Shown piece by piece: positions 1 to 10,991 of a stretch of 64,000 nt of DNA. The position numbers and the translations under genes were made by a program. Within the stretch, counting starts at the first letter, position 1. Each line of letters starts with the position of its first letter. A model generated the notes under the pieces. It was not told the origin of the DNA, searched no databases, and saw only the letters and a program-made list of their open reading frames with translations. Origin of the DNA: a virus (Duplodnaviria > Caudoviricetes); IMG/VR virus record IMGVR_UViG_3300037453_000168, positions 1 through 64,000 of that record. The stretch is one strand, 5' to 3'.

Positions 1-2
1 AG

Positions 3-476
3 ACCCTCGGACACGAGCATTGGAAACACTACGTCGAGCAGAAGGACGTTGTTTCCAAGATTTCTGGCATGATAGAAAGCTACATGGATAAGGTACCCGT
101 ACTCAAGGACAGGATAGATGCTCTCAGGAACGAGGAAATCACGATTACCGAGGCGGAATGCCTGCTTTGGGGAATCAAGGTCACCCCGTTCAAAATCGAA
201 GGAATCATGAGCAACCTCCCCGAACTCAATCCTGAGATAAAGCTGGCGAACGGGAAGGTCAAGGTCTACGACGTGTTCAATGCCACCACTGCCTACAACA
301 CCTACTCGAACACGGGCGGTTCGGAGTTCGGCAGGGTCGGATTCATGGAGAGGGCCGAGGACATAATCACGGGCAACATCAGCAGACTGATTGATAGCGG
401 AAACACCGCAAGAGAGGAATTCCTCTCTCGTGCGATTACCCTCAATGCGAACAACACCTCAATCGTGGACGCTTGA
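3..476 (+). CDS. 5'-truncated hypothetical protein, possibly DUF932-like C-terminus
   Basis: Frame is open from nt 3 through ATG69 to TGA476; phage-like codon usage; 'TTAYNTYS' resembles DUF932 C-termini (weak). Confidence 0.6.
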   Translation, partial: TLGHEHWKHYVEQKDVVSKISGMIESYMDKVPVLKDRIDALRNEEITITEAECLLWGIKVTPFKIEGIMSNLPELNPEIKLANGKVKVYDVFNATTAYNTYSNTGGSEFGRVGFMERAEDIITGNISRLIDSGNTAREEFLSRAITLNANNTSIVDA

Positions 477-481
477 AACAA

Positions 482-516
482 AGGGGGCATATACCCCCTA
501 CCTTTACCTTTTTTTC
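482..516 (+). terminator. GC hairpin plus pyrimidine/T tract
   Basis: aggggg-catata-ccccct followed by acctttaccttttttt just after a stop codon. Confidence 0.65.
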
Positions 517-528
517 GGAGGACAGATT

Positions 529-1137
529 ATGGGAGATACCAAAGCGATTAATCAAGACCCCCGTATAACCTACCTCGGGGTCGGAAAGCCGTGCACCGAA
601 TGGCTTTCCATAATGGGATACAAGCCAGACGAGGTACTTACATGGTTCGACGGTCAGGGGTTCGACAGAAAGCAATTCACCATGAAACTCATACGGTACA
701 ACTTCGAGGGTGCGGAATGCACATTGGCAATCCGCAACCAGCGCAGACCCAAGAATCTGGTGGGTATGAAGTTCGGTAGGCTGAGGGTATTCAAACAGGA
801 GAGGGCGGATTGCTACTGTCTATGCGAATGCGGTAACGAGACCATCGTGAAAAGGCGCAGACTCATAGACAATTATACGAAATCGTGCGGTTGCCTGAGA
901 AAAGAGCATTGGAACGCATACGTCAACGGACAGATTCACGGACAGCCTGCCAAACGCCGTCTGCTGGCATTCAACGGAAAGACCCTCACGGTAACAGAAT
1001 GGTCGAGACAGCCCGAGGTCATAGAGAAGGGGATAAAGCGCAGACAGATATACACCCGTCTTAACAGCGGATGGTCGATAGAGCGCACCCTTACAGAACC
1101 CAACCACTACCTTCACAGGACCGATTGTACCGATTGA
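529..1137 (+). CDS. Homing-endonuclease-associated Zn-ribbon/DNA-binding protein
   Basis: NLVGMKFGRLRV..CLCECG..TKSCGC and FNGKTLTVTEWS..R..GWSIE motifs typical of phage HNH/AP2-type proteins; SD ggagg before ATG529. Confidence 0.7.
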   Translation: MGDTKAINQDPRITYLGVGKPCTEWLSIMGYKPDEVLTWFDGQGFDRKQFTMKLIRYNFEGAECTLAIRNQRRPKNLVGMKFGRLRVFKQERADCYCLCECGNETIVKRRRLIDNYTKSCGCLRKEHWNAYVNGQIHGQPAKRRLLAFNGKTLTVTEWSRQPEVIEKGIKRRQIYTRLNSGWSIERTLTEPNHYLHRTDCTD

Positions 1138-1182
1138 ACAATTTAGCAAACCCTTTATCCTTATCCAGATTCTACATTCGTC

Positions 1183-1494
1183 ATGGACACCTATCTACGC
1201 ATGAAACCCGAATCATGGGATAGACAGGATGAGGTCAGATGCAGTATAGTCGATATGCTCTATCGCAACGGATTCACGAACGATGTATTCAGCTACGATA
1301 GGGATATCCTGATAATAGGGACTACGGAAGGAGAGCATCAGGTCATCTGCGAGAATATTCGGATAATGTCGCTTTCCCTCGATTCTGAGCCATCTTGGGT
1401 CAAAGACGGTATGAAATTATATCGGTTGGCCGAGGGTCGCTTGTACGACGATTCAAATGGTATTCTAAATGAATCCAGAACAGACCTCTCGTAA
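1183..1494 (+). CDS. Hypothetical protein
   Basis: 103-aa ORF with genome-typical codons. Confidence 0.65.
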   Translation: MDTYLRMKPESWDRQDEVRCSIVDMLYRNGFTNDVFSYDRDILIIGTTEGEHQVICENIRIMSLSLDSEPSWVKDGMKLYRLAEGRLYDDSNGILNESRTDLS

Positions 1495-1789
1495 ACGTGG
1501 CAGACCGTTGAGGAACGACCTCACAGGGGAACGGTATGGTTATCTGACCGTCATATAGAGGTCGCCCTCCGACGATGGCAGGGTATGGTGGGACTGCCGT
1601 TGCGACTGCGGAGAGTATGCAAGGGTCCAATCGTTCGACCTCATAAGCGGTAGGCAGAGGTCATGCGGATGCTATCGCCGTAAGCGTCAGGTCGAGATAT
1701 ACAGGCTGAAAAAGAAGATAGGCAAGTACCTCCGATGGAAATTCAGCGAAATTTATACTTTATATAGGGATGCCGATTGTGTTTCATGA
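1469..1789 (+). CDS. Homing-endonuclease-associated Zn-ribbon protein with in-frame TAG (1556-1558)
   Basis: Reads MNPEQ..DLTGERYGYLTVI*RSPSDDGRVWWDCRCDCG..SGRQRSCGC; paralogue of the 529 and 19377 genes; its TGA overlaps ATG1786. Confidence 0.75.
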
Positions 1790-2655
1790 CCTACAATCGT
1801 CTGAACTCAACGGAGATTAGCGGAAGGTTCATCTCATCGACTCAAGGATGCGTCGTGGGGTCCTCCGAATCCCTCCCCAATGCGGATAAGTACGAGAACG
1901 GGGTCGTGATGCAGTATCTCGGACCAGCGACAGCCGACCTGATACCCAACCATCTGTATAGATGCACATCGGACGGTACGACGTACTTCTGGAAGGATGT
2001 GACCCCTGTCGTGGATGTGGAATATGCTCCCGACAGGGCCATCGGTACGGATGGTAACGGATTGATTATCGCAACCGATGTCACGACACAGGAACTCGGC
2101 ACCCTCTCTGATGCGAGAGCCAACATCCAGACCCAATTGGATAATCTCGATGCCAAGATTGATGACAGGGAATCGTTCTTGCAGAGCGAGATTGACCAGA
2201 ACTACGCCACCCTTGACGATAAGATGGACCACATTACCGACGGATTGGACGAGAGATTCGACCAGAAAGTGGATAAGGTAGAGGGCAAAGGTCTTTCGGA
2301 GGCCGATTTCACGGAACGTGAGAAGTACAAGCTGTCCTCGATAGAGTTCGGCGCACAGGTCAATACAATCGACGAGATTATGATTAACAATGTGACCGTA
2401 CAGCCACATGACAGGATTGTGAACCTTCCTCTGCTGGAGGGGAAGCAGTACCCCATCCAGCAGTTGGTCGCTGGTCAGATGACCGAGGTGAAGCACAACC
2501 TGATAAGGCCCGTGTTCTTCGCACAGGTCAGGGATTCCGCAGGGAACGTCATATCTGGAAGTATGAAGATTGATACGGTGGTGGTCGATTTCACACCAGA
2601 TACATCGGCCGTCAACTGCACCATGTTTGTGATATGCGGTGGTATAGATGACTGA
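1786..2655 (+). CDS. Tail fibre/baseplate-associated protein
   Basis: Coiled-coil middle, KVDKVEGKGLSEADFT tail-fibre motif, C-terminal HNL module shared with neighbours. Confidence 0.75.
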   Translation: MTYNRLNSTEISGRFISSTQGCVVGSSESLPNADKYENGVVMQYLGPATADLIPNHLYRCTSDGTTYFWKDVTPVVDVEYAPDRAIGTDGNGLIIATDVTTQELGTLSDARANIQTQLDNLDAKIDDRESFLQSEIDQNYATLDDKMDHITDGLDERFDQKVDKVEGKGLSEADFTEREKYKLSSIEFGAQVNTIDEIMINNVTVQPHDRIVNLPLLEGKQYPIQQLVAGQMTEVKHNLIRPVFFAQVRDSAGNVISGSMKIDTVVVDFTPDTSAVNCTMFVICGGIDD

Positions 2656-5215
2656 GATAACAAGGATATTCAATGTGGATACGAGAGCAATCACCAACGT
2701 CCAGCGCAAATACGCTGGTGTTTCGTGCGATTCCCTGTCCACCACTATGCATTTCGAGTACAACCCCGTCAATTTCCTATCGGGCAACGATTATGTGCCG
2801 TATATCATGTTCAACGTGCATGACGATGACGGCAACCCCCTGATTTACGGTCCAGAATCCACACCGAAGTTCGATGGATGGACTTTCCAGATTCCTTGGG
2901 ACGTCACTTCGAGGGTCAAGACGCAGAGCGTAGACTATCAGTTGTTCTTCGTCAAAATCAATGTGAACTACAACCCGTCCACGGGAGTACCCCATCTGGA
3001 TTCCACGGATTACATAATCTCGGCATTGGACGGAATCGCATTGAAGAAATCCATCCAATGCAAATCGGATAAGAGGTCATGCTGTCCTCCGATGGCGCCC
3101 ACGACAGAGCCGTCGGTGGTAGGATACATCAATCTCTGGAAGGAGTACGGTCTGGTCGTTGAACCCGATGCGGAGTACAACGAGGACATAGACAGGGTTC
3201 AGGTACATTTCCGTACATACAACGGCAACAGGGATTGCACGGTGACTCTCGACGTTCCTGTTCTGGACGAGGACGGGAAGATACCTCTCAGATTCTTCGA
3301 CATGGTGACGAGGATTCTCGAAGGAGGATATTACGAGGAGACCTATCAGATTCCCTCCGCAAAGGCGGTATGGGACTTCGTGATGGAGAACTTCAACCCG
3401 AAGTCGAGGGGCATTCCAGCATGGGATTCGGCGAAGACGTATCAGGACGGTGCGGTGGTCGAGTACAGGGGTGCGATTTACATATCCTGTCACGATGACA
3501 ACACGGATAACGAGCCTAAGACAAGCCCTCAATACTACATAGATTCGGAGGCCAAAGACCCTCATTGGAACATGATTGCGCAGTACAACATCGTCCTCAA
3601 CGCACCTACGGGCATAGAGGGCGGTTCTACCGTGGATGTTCCGAGCGAGAGCCTTGTGATGCAGATGCTCGTACCCAAGTTGGACGATTCGCAAGTGATA
3701 TCATCTTGGGACGAGTACGACCCGTCCAAGACAGGACAGGACATACAGATTATCTCCGCAAAGCTGTCCTACGATTCCATTGAGACCAAGATTGATGATT
3801 CTCAGATTATCAGGGATTGGTCGGAGTTGGACCCCTCCAAGGTCGGAGTGGATATACAGATTCCCTCCGCACTGATGGTAAGCGATTCTCTGGATTCCAA
3901 GTTGGACGATTCTCAGTTGGTGAACGATTGGAACGACCTATCGACCGACAAGATTCCCAACCAGAAACTCGTGAGGGAGTCGATAGACGGGATGCTGGAC
4001 GATTCGCAGGTCATAGAGGATTGGTCGGAACTCGACCCCTCCAAGACAGGACAGGACATACAGATTCCGTCAGCCGTACTGACTAAGGGCTCGCTGGACG
4101 ATAAGCTCGATGATTCGCAGATTACGCAGGAGATAACATACGAGCAGGACGAGATACCCTCTGGATTCGCAATCACGAACGCTCTGGATTTGAAGGTCGA
4201 TAAGACTCAGATAGTCCAGACGATGGAAGTGAGCGAATCCAAGATTCCGTCAACGGCTTTGATTAAACAGGCCCTTGATTCAAAACTCGACGATTCACAG
4301 CTTGTGACCGAATGGAACGACCCCACCGACGAGCAGATACCCTCTGCCAAGTTGGTAAAGGATTCCATCGACCCCCTTACCGATTATCGCATGGCGATTA
4401 GGTTCTGGTATCCAGAAACGATATACACCAACGGCTCGACCGTCATATATGACGGTACCATCTATATCAGCAGAGCCGACGAGAACAGGGGCCATGTACC
4501 CAACGATTCCACCGAACACGGCCAATGGTGGTCTAAGATTGAGGGCGGTGGCGGAGGTTCTGGAAACCGCATCTATGTGGATATCATAGGGAACGGTGTC
4601 GATACGATATACACCGTACAGCACGGACTCGGCTCATGCGACATATTCTATTCCATGAGGTACAACGATTCCAACCGTGAGTTCACGGATGCCGACGTGT
4701 ATGTCATAGATGACAATACAATCAGGGTGGAGACCTATGTCCCTCTGCCTATGGATTCCCTCGTCATAACGATTGGGGTGGGCCTGAACGGACTCCCGTT
4801 CAACGAGGTCATAGGAAACGGTACGGATACATCATTCGACCTCAGACACAACTTCGGTACGTTCGATTTCTTCTGGGAGGTACAGGACGTAGCGACTGGA
4901 CTGTTCATAAAGGCGAAGATGTATGCAATCAATCCCTCGATGGCCAGAGTGGTCTTCGAAGAACCCCCAGCGACGGATTCCATAAGGGTCATGCTGTCGC
5001 CCAACGTGGACGGCACCGCAAGGAGCACATTCTACATAGATACTCCCTCCGCAGAATGGACGGTCAATCACAGATTCGGAAGACCCGTGTTCGTTCAGGT
5101 GTACGACGAGAACTGGGAGGAACTCACGGGATTGGTTCAGCAGGATACGGTGGGTCTGAACAGCGTCACGGTCAGATTCAACCATGAGCATACGGGATAC
5201 GTCATAGTGATGTGA
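2648..5215 (+). CDS. Tail fibre/baseplate protein: BppU-like N-terminus, KxDDSQ repeats, two CBM5/12-like modules, HGL/HNF modules
   Basis: 855 aa; repeats KLDDSQ..W..IPS; WDSAKTYQDGAVVEYRGAIY and WYPETIYTNGSTVIYDGTIY modules; GGGGGS linker. Confidence 0.8.
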   Translation: MTEITRIFNVDTRAITNVQRKYAGVSCDSLSTTMHFEYNPVNFLSGNDYVPYIMFNVHDDDGNPLIYGPESTPKFDGWTFQIPWDVTSRVKTQSVDYQLFFVKINVNYNPSTGVPHLDSTDYIISALDGIALKKSIQCKSDKRSCCPPMAPTTEPSVVGYINLWKEYGLVVEPDAEYNEDIDRVQVHFRTYNGNRDCTVTLDVPVLDEDGKIPLRFFDMVTRILEGGYYEETYQIPSAKAVWDFVMENFNPKSRGIPAWDSAKTYQDGAVVEYRGAIYISCHDDNTDNEPKTSPQYYIDSEAKDPHWNMIAQYNIVLNAPTGIEGGSTVDVPSESLVMQMLVPKLDDSQVISSWDEYDPSKTGQDIQIISAKLSYDSIETKIDDSQIIRDWSELDPSKVGVDIQIPSALMVSDSLDSKLDDSQLVNDWNDLSTDKIPNQKLVRESIDGMLDDSQVIEDWSELDPSKTGQDIQIPSAVLTKGSLDDKLDDSQITQEITYEQDEIPSGFAITNALDLKVDKTQIVQTMEVSESKIPSTALIKQALDSKLDDSQLVTEWNDPTDEQIPSAKLVKDSIDPLTDYRMAIRFWYPETIYTNGSTVIYDGTIYISRADENRGHVPNDSTEHGQWWSKIEGGGGGSGNRIYVDIIGNGVDTIYTVQHGLGSCDIFYSMRYNDSNREFTDADVYVIDDNTIRVETYVPLPMDSLVITIGVGLNGLPFNEVIGNGTDTSFDLRHNFGTFDFFWEVQDVATGLFIKAKMYAINPSMARVVFEEPPATDSIRVMLSPNVDGTARSTFYIDTPSAEWTVNHRFGRPVFVQVYDENWEELTGLVQQDTVGLNSVTVRFNHEHTGYVIVM
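3676..4380 (+). repeat. About 8 degenerate coding repeats K(L/I/V)DDSQxxxxW..IPS
   Basis: Recurrent gacgattc(g/t/a)cag and 'gacccgtccaagacaggacaggacatacagatt' units. Confidence 0.8.
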
Positions 5216-5219
5216 TAAC

Positions 5220-7874
5220 ATGGTTACGAGAAAGATTGATGTCAGCATTGACCTGTTGAACAACACGGTCAGCAATTTCGCAATAGAATGCAGAGCGACC
5301 GCACCAGAGAACCCTGTCAAGGGAAATATGTTCTACAATGAATCCAATGGATTCGTCCAGTACTATGACGGCACGAGATGGACCGATGTATGCGAATTGG
5401 ACGAAAACAGTAAGATTCCCACTTCTTTCCTCTACTGTCTGAAATCCACGGACGGCATGGAAGGTGCATCCGACGATTCCCTTGTATCGTCCCTGCTGAT
5501 GAAGGACGAACTCGATACGAAACTCGATGATTCACAGCTTGTGACCTCATGGTCGCAGGATGCTTCGGACGATGCTATACCCTCCGAGAAACTTACCAAG
5601 GACACCCTCGATGCCAACTACACCGCATTGGATACCAAGATTGACGAAACGAAAGCGGAGATAATCGAGGAAATCGAGGAAGACTATACCGCTCTCGATA
5701 CCAAGATAGATACCGTCAGGACTGAACTCGATACCAAGATTGACGATAACTACAATACCCTCGATACCAAGATAGGCACGACCAGAACGGAATTGGAAAG
5801 CGTAATCGAGAGCAACTATACGACCCTCGATACCAAGATTGACACAACTAAGTCCGACCTGTTGAGCAGGATAGACAGCGATTATACCGCTCTGGATACC
5901 AAGATTGACACAACTAAGTCTGATTTGGAACAGGAGATATCCGATACCGCAGACACGATTAACCAGCGTATAGACGATATAAAGGACGAGATTGAGGTCG
6001 ATGTCGAGAACAAGGTCGATAAATCTCAGATTGCGACCGCATGGGACAGCGAGGTATCGGATGACAGGATTCCCTCGGAGAAACTCACGAAGGACACCAT
6101 CGATGCCAATTACAATACCTTGGATGCGAAGATAGATTCCGAATATACGGCATTGGATACCAAGATAAATGACAATTACAGCACCCTCGATACCAAGATA
6201 AATGACGATTTCAGCACCTTGGATACCAGAATAAGTGACAATTACACGACTCTGGATACCAAGATTGACACCACCAAGTCCGATTTGGAGCAGACTATCT
6301 CCGATGATGTGGATACTCTCAATTCGAGGATAGACAACATCGTAATCGAGGTCGAAGTGGATGTTCAGAACAAGGTGGATAAGTCGCAGATTGTCACGGA
6401 ATGGAGCGATGAACCCTCCGATACCAGCATCCCCTCGGAGAAACTGACCAAGGATGCCATCGACACCGTGAATTCAAGAATCGACGGTATTGATTCCGAT
6501 GTGGATACGAAGATATCCGACCTCAGAACGGAATTGACCGAGGATATAGCGGATTTGAGCACGAGCGTAGATACAAGGCTCGACGGCAAGTTGGATGATT
6601 CCCAACTCGTCACCTCGTGGTCGGACCCCGTTACCGACGAGCATATCCCCTCGGAGAAACTGACCAAGGATACTCTGGATGCCAAAGTGGACGATTCGCA
6701 GATAATCACATCTTGGAATGCAGAGCCGTCGGACAGCGCAATACCGTCCGAGAGTCTTGTGAAAAGGGAATTGGATGCTAAACTCGACGATTCCCAACTC
6801 ACCCAATACATCACGGGAGAGCAGAGCGACATACCCTCTGGATATGCCGTACAGACCGCACTCGATACGAAGACCGACAAGACGATGGCGATTCCCCTAT
6901 GGAACCACACCACGATATATCATACCGACAGCACCGTGATTCAGAGCGGAATCCTATACATATCGCTGGTCGATAGCAACGTCAACCGCGACCCCCTCGA
7001 AGACGTCGCCAACGAGTATTGGACCAAGATTCAGGGTGGCGGTGGCGGAGGTTCGAGCATCGTGGGAAGGACTTTGCAGTTCGGCAACTCCAACGATACC
7101 GTGTATCAGATTGAGCATAACCTCTCCACCTATGATTTCCTATATACCATACGCACCACCGACTATCCGAGGGAGTACGTTCAGGCGAGGGTGCAGGCGA
7201 CTTCCAAGAACGAATGCACGGTATTGCTCACGAATCCGCCAGGCGACAATGCCCTGACATTCAACATCGTACCTGTGAGGTCCACCGCACCGCCCACGTC
7301 CAACATCTTGGTAGTGGATATATCCGAGCCTACCGACGAATGGAGGTGGAACGACAACGAGACAGGTCATGTTGTGTTCGTCCAGACGTATGACGAATCG
7401 GGCGACCAGATACAGGGAGCGATAGCACAGCCGTCCACCACGGATTTCAACCCCGTCGTTACCGATTTCGGAACGTCGGTATCGGGTTCGATGTTCATAG
7501 CATACTCCGACCTGTATCAGCTATTCGAGAACAAGACGAGTTGGATGATAACCCATAACCTCGGGACATACGTCGCAATCCAGATGTACAACGACCAGCA
7601 GGGGCAGATATTCGGAGAGGTCATACAGGATGGGAACTCCGTCATAGTGACGTTCCCCGAGCCTACCACAGGATACATGACGATAATACCGCCCACCATC
7701 GTAGCCGAGCAGTCAGGAACGACTTGGGCCGTTGAGCACGGATTGGACAGAATCGTCGGAGTGCAGACCTACGACAGCAACAACAACCAGATTCAGGGCA
7801 ACATCCAGCAGACCAACGGACGTGTCGAGGTGACGTTTGCGACCTCGCAGACTGGAACGATACTGATAATCTGA
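5220..7874 (+). CDS. Tail fibre protein: 11-aa coiled-coil repeats, KxDDSQ repeats, CBM-like module, HNL modules
   Basis: 884 aa; YTxLDTKI repeats; same architecture as the 2648 gene. Confidence 0.8.
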   Translation: MVTRKIDVSIDLLNNTVSNFAIECRATAPENPVKGNMFYNESNGFVQYYDGTRWTDVCELDENSKIPTSFLYCLKSTDGMEGASDDSLVSSLLMKDELDTKLDDSQLVTSWSQDASDDAIPSEKLTKDTLDANYTALDTKIDETKAEIIEEIEEDYTALDTKIDTVRTELDTKIDDNYNTLDTKIGTTRTELESVIESNYTTLDTKIDTTKSDLLSRIDSDYTALDTKIDTTKSDLEQEISDTADTINQRIDDIKDEIEVDVENKVDKSQIATAWDSEVSDDRIPSEKLTKDTIDANYNTLDAKIDSEYTALDTKINDNYSTLDTKINDDFSTLDTRISDNYTTLDTKIDTTKSDLEQTISDDVDTLNSRIDNIVIEVEVDVQNKVDKSQIVTEWSDEPSDTSIPSEKLTKDAIDTVNSRIDGIDSDVDTKISDLRTELTEDIADLSTSVDTRLDGKLDDSQLVTSWSDPVTDEHIPSEKLTKDTLDAKVDDSQIITSWNAEPSDSAIPSESLVKRELDAKLDDSQLTQYITGEQSDIPSGYAVQTALDTKTDKTMAIPLWNHTTIYHTDSTVIQSGILYISLVDSNVNRDPLEDVANEYWTKIQGGGGGGSSIVGRTLQFGNSNDTVYQIEHNLSTYDFLYTIRTTDYPREYVQARVQATSKNECTVLLTNPPGDNALTFNIVPVRSTAPPTSNILVVDISEPTDEWRWNDNETGHVVFVQTYDESGDQIQGAIAQPSTTDFNPVVTDFGTSVSGSMFIAYSDLYQLFENKTSWMITHNLGTYVAIQMYNDQQGQIFGEVIQDGNSVIVTFPEPTTGYMTIIPPTIVAEQSGTTWAVEHGLDRIVGVQTYDSNNNQIQGNIQQTNGRVEVTFATSQTGTILII
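5617..6282 (+). repeat. 33-nt-period coding repeats (YTTLDTKIDDN)
   Basis: About a dozen copies of (c/t)tcgataccaagat(t/a)ga in two blocks. Confidence 0.8.
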
Positions 7875-7890
7875 GGGGATTCCTCCCCTC
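7873..7890 (+). terminator. GC hairpin
   Basis: gagggga-ttcc-tcccctc overlapping the stop codon. Confidence 0.6.
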
Positions 7891-7984
7891 AAACCCCTTA
7901 ATAATTTCCTAAATCTTATAAGCCGTACTTTTGATTAACCATCTGTATCCGAGATTCGGGATATTATACAAAGGAGTAGTAATC

Positions 7985-9565
7985 ATGGCAAGCCAAGATA
8001 TTGATTATCTGAACAACCTGAACCTGAATGGCAATCAGTTGAAGAACGTTGTCATCCAGAAGGTAGCGACCCTCCCCACAAGCACCGATAAGTACGACGG
8101 AAAGTTCGTCTACCTCACGACTGCGGATGGCACTAACGCAATCGGCCTGTACTTCTGCAAGTCCGATACATGGACTATGCTCGGAACGGGCGGAGATGTG
8201 ACCGTCCTCGCTGGACGTGTCGAGGCTCTTGAAACGACCGTCGGGGATGCATCCGCTGGACTCGTACACGATGTCGCTGACATCGAGAGCAAATACGCAT
8301 CCAAGGTCAGTGCGACCGCTGGAACTGGACTCAAGACCACAATCAACAGCGAGGGTATCGTTACCGCAGTCACAACCGCTGGAACATCCGACCTGTCCGA
8401 CTGGTCCACCGTCGATGCTGGACTCGTCCACACCGCAGACCTCATCAACACCTCCGCTGGCTCTGCCGATGCTGGCAAGGCAATCAAGCTGAACTCACAG
8501 GGTAAGATTGACAACACAATGATTCCCCCTCTCGCCATCGCAGAGTTGGCTGGAACCGTCGATGCGAAGTCCAAGCTGACCACCCTGTCCTCCGCAGAGA
8601 AGGGAGATATCGCAGTAGTCGATGGAGATGCCACGACCAACAACAACGGAGTCTACTTCCTCACGGGAGCATACGACACCCTCGCCAACTGGGTGCAGAT
8701 TGTCGGTCCTGCGAACGTCGTCAGCGTCAACGGCTCCACTGGTGTCGTGACCATCGGAGTGTCCGACCTCAACGGAATCACGCAGGAAGAGATTGACGCC
8801 ATCGACTCTGGAATCACAGCATCCAAGGTCAGCACCTACGACGGATACGCCGACGGTAAAATCAACGCATTCGCAACCGCACCCTCAGCTGGAAAGGTCG
8901 TAATCACAAAGGCTGACACCAACGACCTCGATGTTTCGAGTGCCACCCTCGGTAGTGCGACCAAGCCCATCTACCTCAACGCTGGTGCTCTTGCAGAGGG
9001 TACTCAGATTGGGGATGCTGGATACCTCGGCAAGACCGTTCAGGGTTCCGATTCTGGCTCGAAGTTCAGCAGTTCATCCACCGACAGCAACGTTCCCACC
9101 GACAAGGCCGTGTACACCGCCCTTGAAACCAAGGTCGATAAGGTCACGGGATACTCCCTCGTCGATGACACCGAGATTACCAAGCTATCTGGCATCGAGG
9201 CAGGAGCAGAGGTCAACGTCATCGAGACCGTCAAGGTCAACGGAACAGCCCTCACCCCCGATTCCAACAGGGCGGTCGATGTGACCGTTCCCACCGATAA
9301 CGCATCCCTTGCCAACGGTGCAGGATACCAGACCGCATCCGATGTCGCCACCGCCATCGCTGGAATCTTCAAGACCGCCACCGTCACCACCACCGCCAAC
9401 ACCGACACGACCGTTACGGGAGTCACCGCAGGAAAGACCCCCAAGTTCGTGCAGGTGCTCAAGAACGGCGTCATCGTGCAGTGCTATGTCGCTGTCGCAA
9501 GCGGTAGCATAACCATCAACACCGCATCCGCACAGACGGGACTCACCGTCAACTGGATTGAGTGA
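7985..9565 (+). CDS. Abundant virion fibre/tail protein (Ala/Thr/Gly-rich)
   Basis: Strong C-ending codon bias like the MCP; SD ggag; LGSATKPIYLNAG and KVDKVTGYSL tail-fibre motifs. Confidence 0.8.
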   Translation: MASQDIDYLNNLNLNGNQLKNVVIQKVATLPTSTDKYDGKFVYLTTADGTNAIGLYFCKSDTWTMLGTGGDVTVLAGRVEALETTVGDASAGLVHDVADIESKYASKVSATAGTGLKTTINSEGIVTAVTTAGTSDLSDWSTVDAGLVHTADLINTSAGSADAGKAIKLNSQGKIDNTMIPPLAIAELAGTVDAKSKLTTLSSAEKGDIAVVDGDATTNNNGVYFLTGAYDTLANWVQIVGPANVVSVNGSTGVVTIGVSDLNGITQEEIDAIDSGITASKVSTYDGYADGKINAFATAPSAGKVVITKADTNDLDVSSATLGSATKPIYLNAGALAEGTQIGDAGYLGKTVQGSDSGSKFSSSSTDSNVPTDKAVYTALETKVDKVTGYSLVDDTEITKLSGIEAGAEVNVIETVKVNGTALTPDSNRAVDVTVPTDNASLANGAGYQTASDVATAIAGIFKTATVTTTANTDTTVTGVTAGKTPKFVQVLKNGVIVQCYVAVASGSITINTASAQTGLTVNWIE

Positions 9566-9574
9566 AACTGAAAC

Positions 9575-9597
9575 GGAGGGTACACCCCTCCCCTTTT
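9575..9597 (+). terminator. GC hairpin plus T tract
   Basis: ggaggg-tacac-ccctcc then ccttttc. Confidence 0.6.
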
Positions 9598-9640
9598 CAA
9601 TTTCGATGTTCTTATATGCGAATCAGCAGATTATCTCGGC

Positions 9641-10987
9641 ATGACCTACTCTAATCTCACGTCTTTGGCTGTCGATGGTCGTATATCATCGTCACAGCAG
9701 GGTCTTATGTTAGGTGCGGTTACGACCATGCCCACCCCTATCAACGACCTTCTCAATTCATGTGTGATATACACAGGGGTAACCGATGCAAATTACACAA
9801 CGAACACCGTTTACAGATGCGATTCCAACGGTAGCGGAGGATACACATGGACCGAAGTCCAGTTCGCCACCGAGATTACGATTGATACACAGGTTACTTC
9901 GGAATCCACCAATCCCGTAACATCGGAGGGTATAGCGAACTTCGTGAATTCCTCAATCAATGCCCTCGCCGCCTATTACATCACATACGATGCGCAGGGT
10001 TCTCCGTTCCCTACGAGGTCGGCTCTGATGAACGCCACCACGTTCTACTACAACGGTGCTGTCAGGACACCCACTCAGAACGATTACTGCATTGTATTGG
10101 CGGATGAGAATTACAGCAACATGAGTACCCGTTATATGTTCAACGGGACGAATTGGGTCTACCAGTACACATTCAATATGCAGTTCACGACGGCTCAGCT
10201 GAATGCTCTGAACTCAGGCATAACATCGAGCAAAGTATCCACCTATGACGGATATGCCAGCCAGATTGCTGGAAAGATGCCATCCATGACCGTTGACAGC
10301 GCACCCACGTCTGGTAGCAGTAACCTCGTTTCATCTGGCGGAGTATATACGGGTCTTTCGACGAAGGCGGATGCGAATTCGTTGGCAACCGTTGCAACAT
10401 CTGGAAGTTACGATGATTTGACGAACAAGCCCACGATTCCCACCATACCCAATCTGTCCAAGGGAACGACCACGGGAACGGGCAACGTAGTATCCGACAT
10501 ATCGGTAAGCGGTCATACGATAACTCTGACGAAAGGAGTGACAGCACTCACGGAGCATCAGAGCCTTGCGAACTACGTCACAAAGACGGGTAGCGAGGCC
10601 CTTACCAACAAGACCTACAACGGCTACACCCTCGGTGCGGCATGCGCCAAAGCGGTAGGTTCGGTGGCATCGGGCAATACGGGGCTGGTGACCGGTGGAG
10701 ATGTCTACACGGCGGTCAACGGCAAGCAGAACAAGAATGCGACGTTTACCAACGTTACGGCATCGTCATGGGCATCTGACAATACATACTCTGATTATTC
10801 CTATAAAGGCACGATTGCCTTGTCTGGCGTCACATCATCGGATGTGGCATGGGTCACGTTCGGGGTCGAGCAGGCTACGAGTGGTGAGTACGCTCCGATA
10901 TGCGATACATACAACGGCGGTGTCTATATCTGGTCGCAGAGCAACACATCTATAACAATTCCGAGCATCGTGGTATTCAAGGGGTGA
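9641..10987 (+). CDS. Tail fibre protein
   Basis: ANSLATVATSGSYDDLTNKPTIP and GNVVSDISVSGHTITLTKG fibre motifs; N-terminus paralogous to the 1786 gene. Confidence 0.8.
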   Translation: MTYSNLTSLAVDGRISSSQQGLMLGAVTTMPTPINDLLNSCVIYTGVTDANYTTNTVYRCDSNGSGGYTWTEVQFATEITIDTQVTSESTNPVTSEGIANFVNSSINALAAYYITYDAQGSPFPTRSALMNATTFYYNGAVRTPTQNDYCIVLADENYSNMSTRYMFNGTNWVYQYTFNMQFTTAQLNALNSGITSSKVSTYDGYASQIAGKMPSMTVDSAPTSGSSNLVSSGGVYTGLSTKADANSLATVATSGSYDDLTNKPTIPTIPNLSKGTTTGTGNVVSDISVSGHTITLTKGVTALTEHQSLANYVTKTGSEALTNKTYNGYTLGAACAKAVGSVASGNTGLVTGGDVYTAVNGKQNKNATFTNVTASSWASDNTYSDYSYKGTIALSGVTSSDVAWVTFGVEQATSGEYAPICDTYNGGVYIWSQSNTSITIPSIVVFKG

Positions 10988-10991
10988 TACC

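Noticed and set aside
5617-6282. Regularly spaced gataccaagat repeats resembling a CRISPR array
   Set aside because: The repeats are in-frame coding units with a 33-nt period and related (not unique) spacers.
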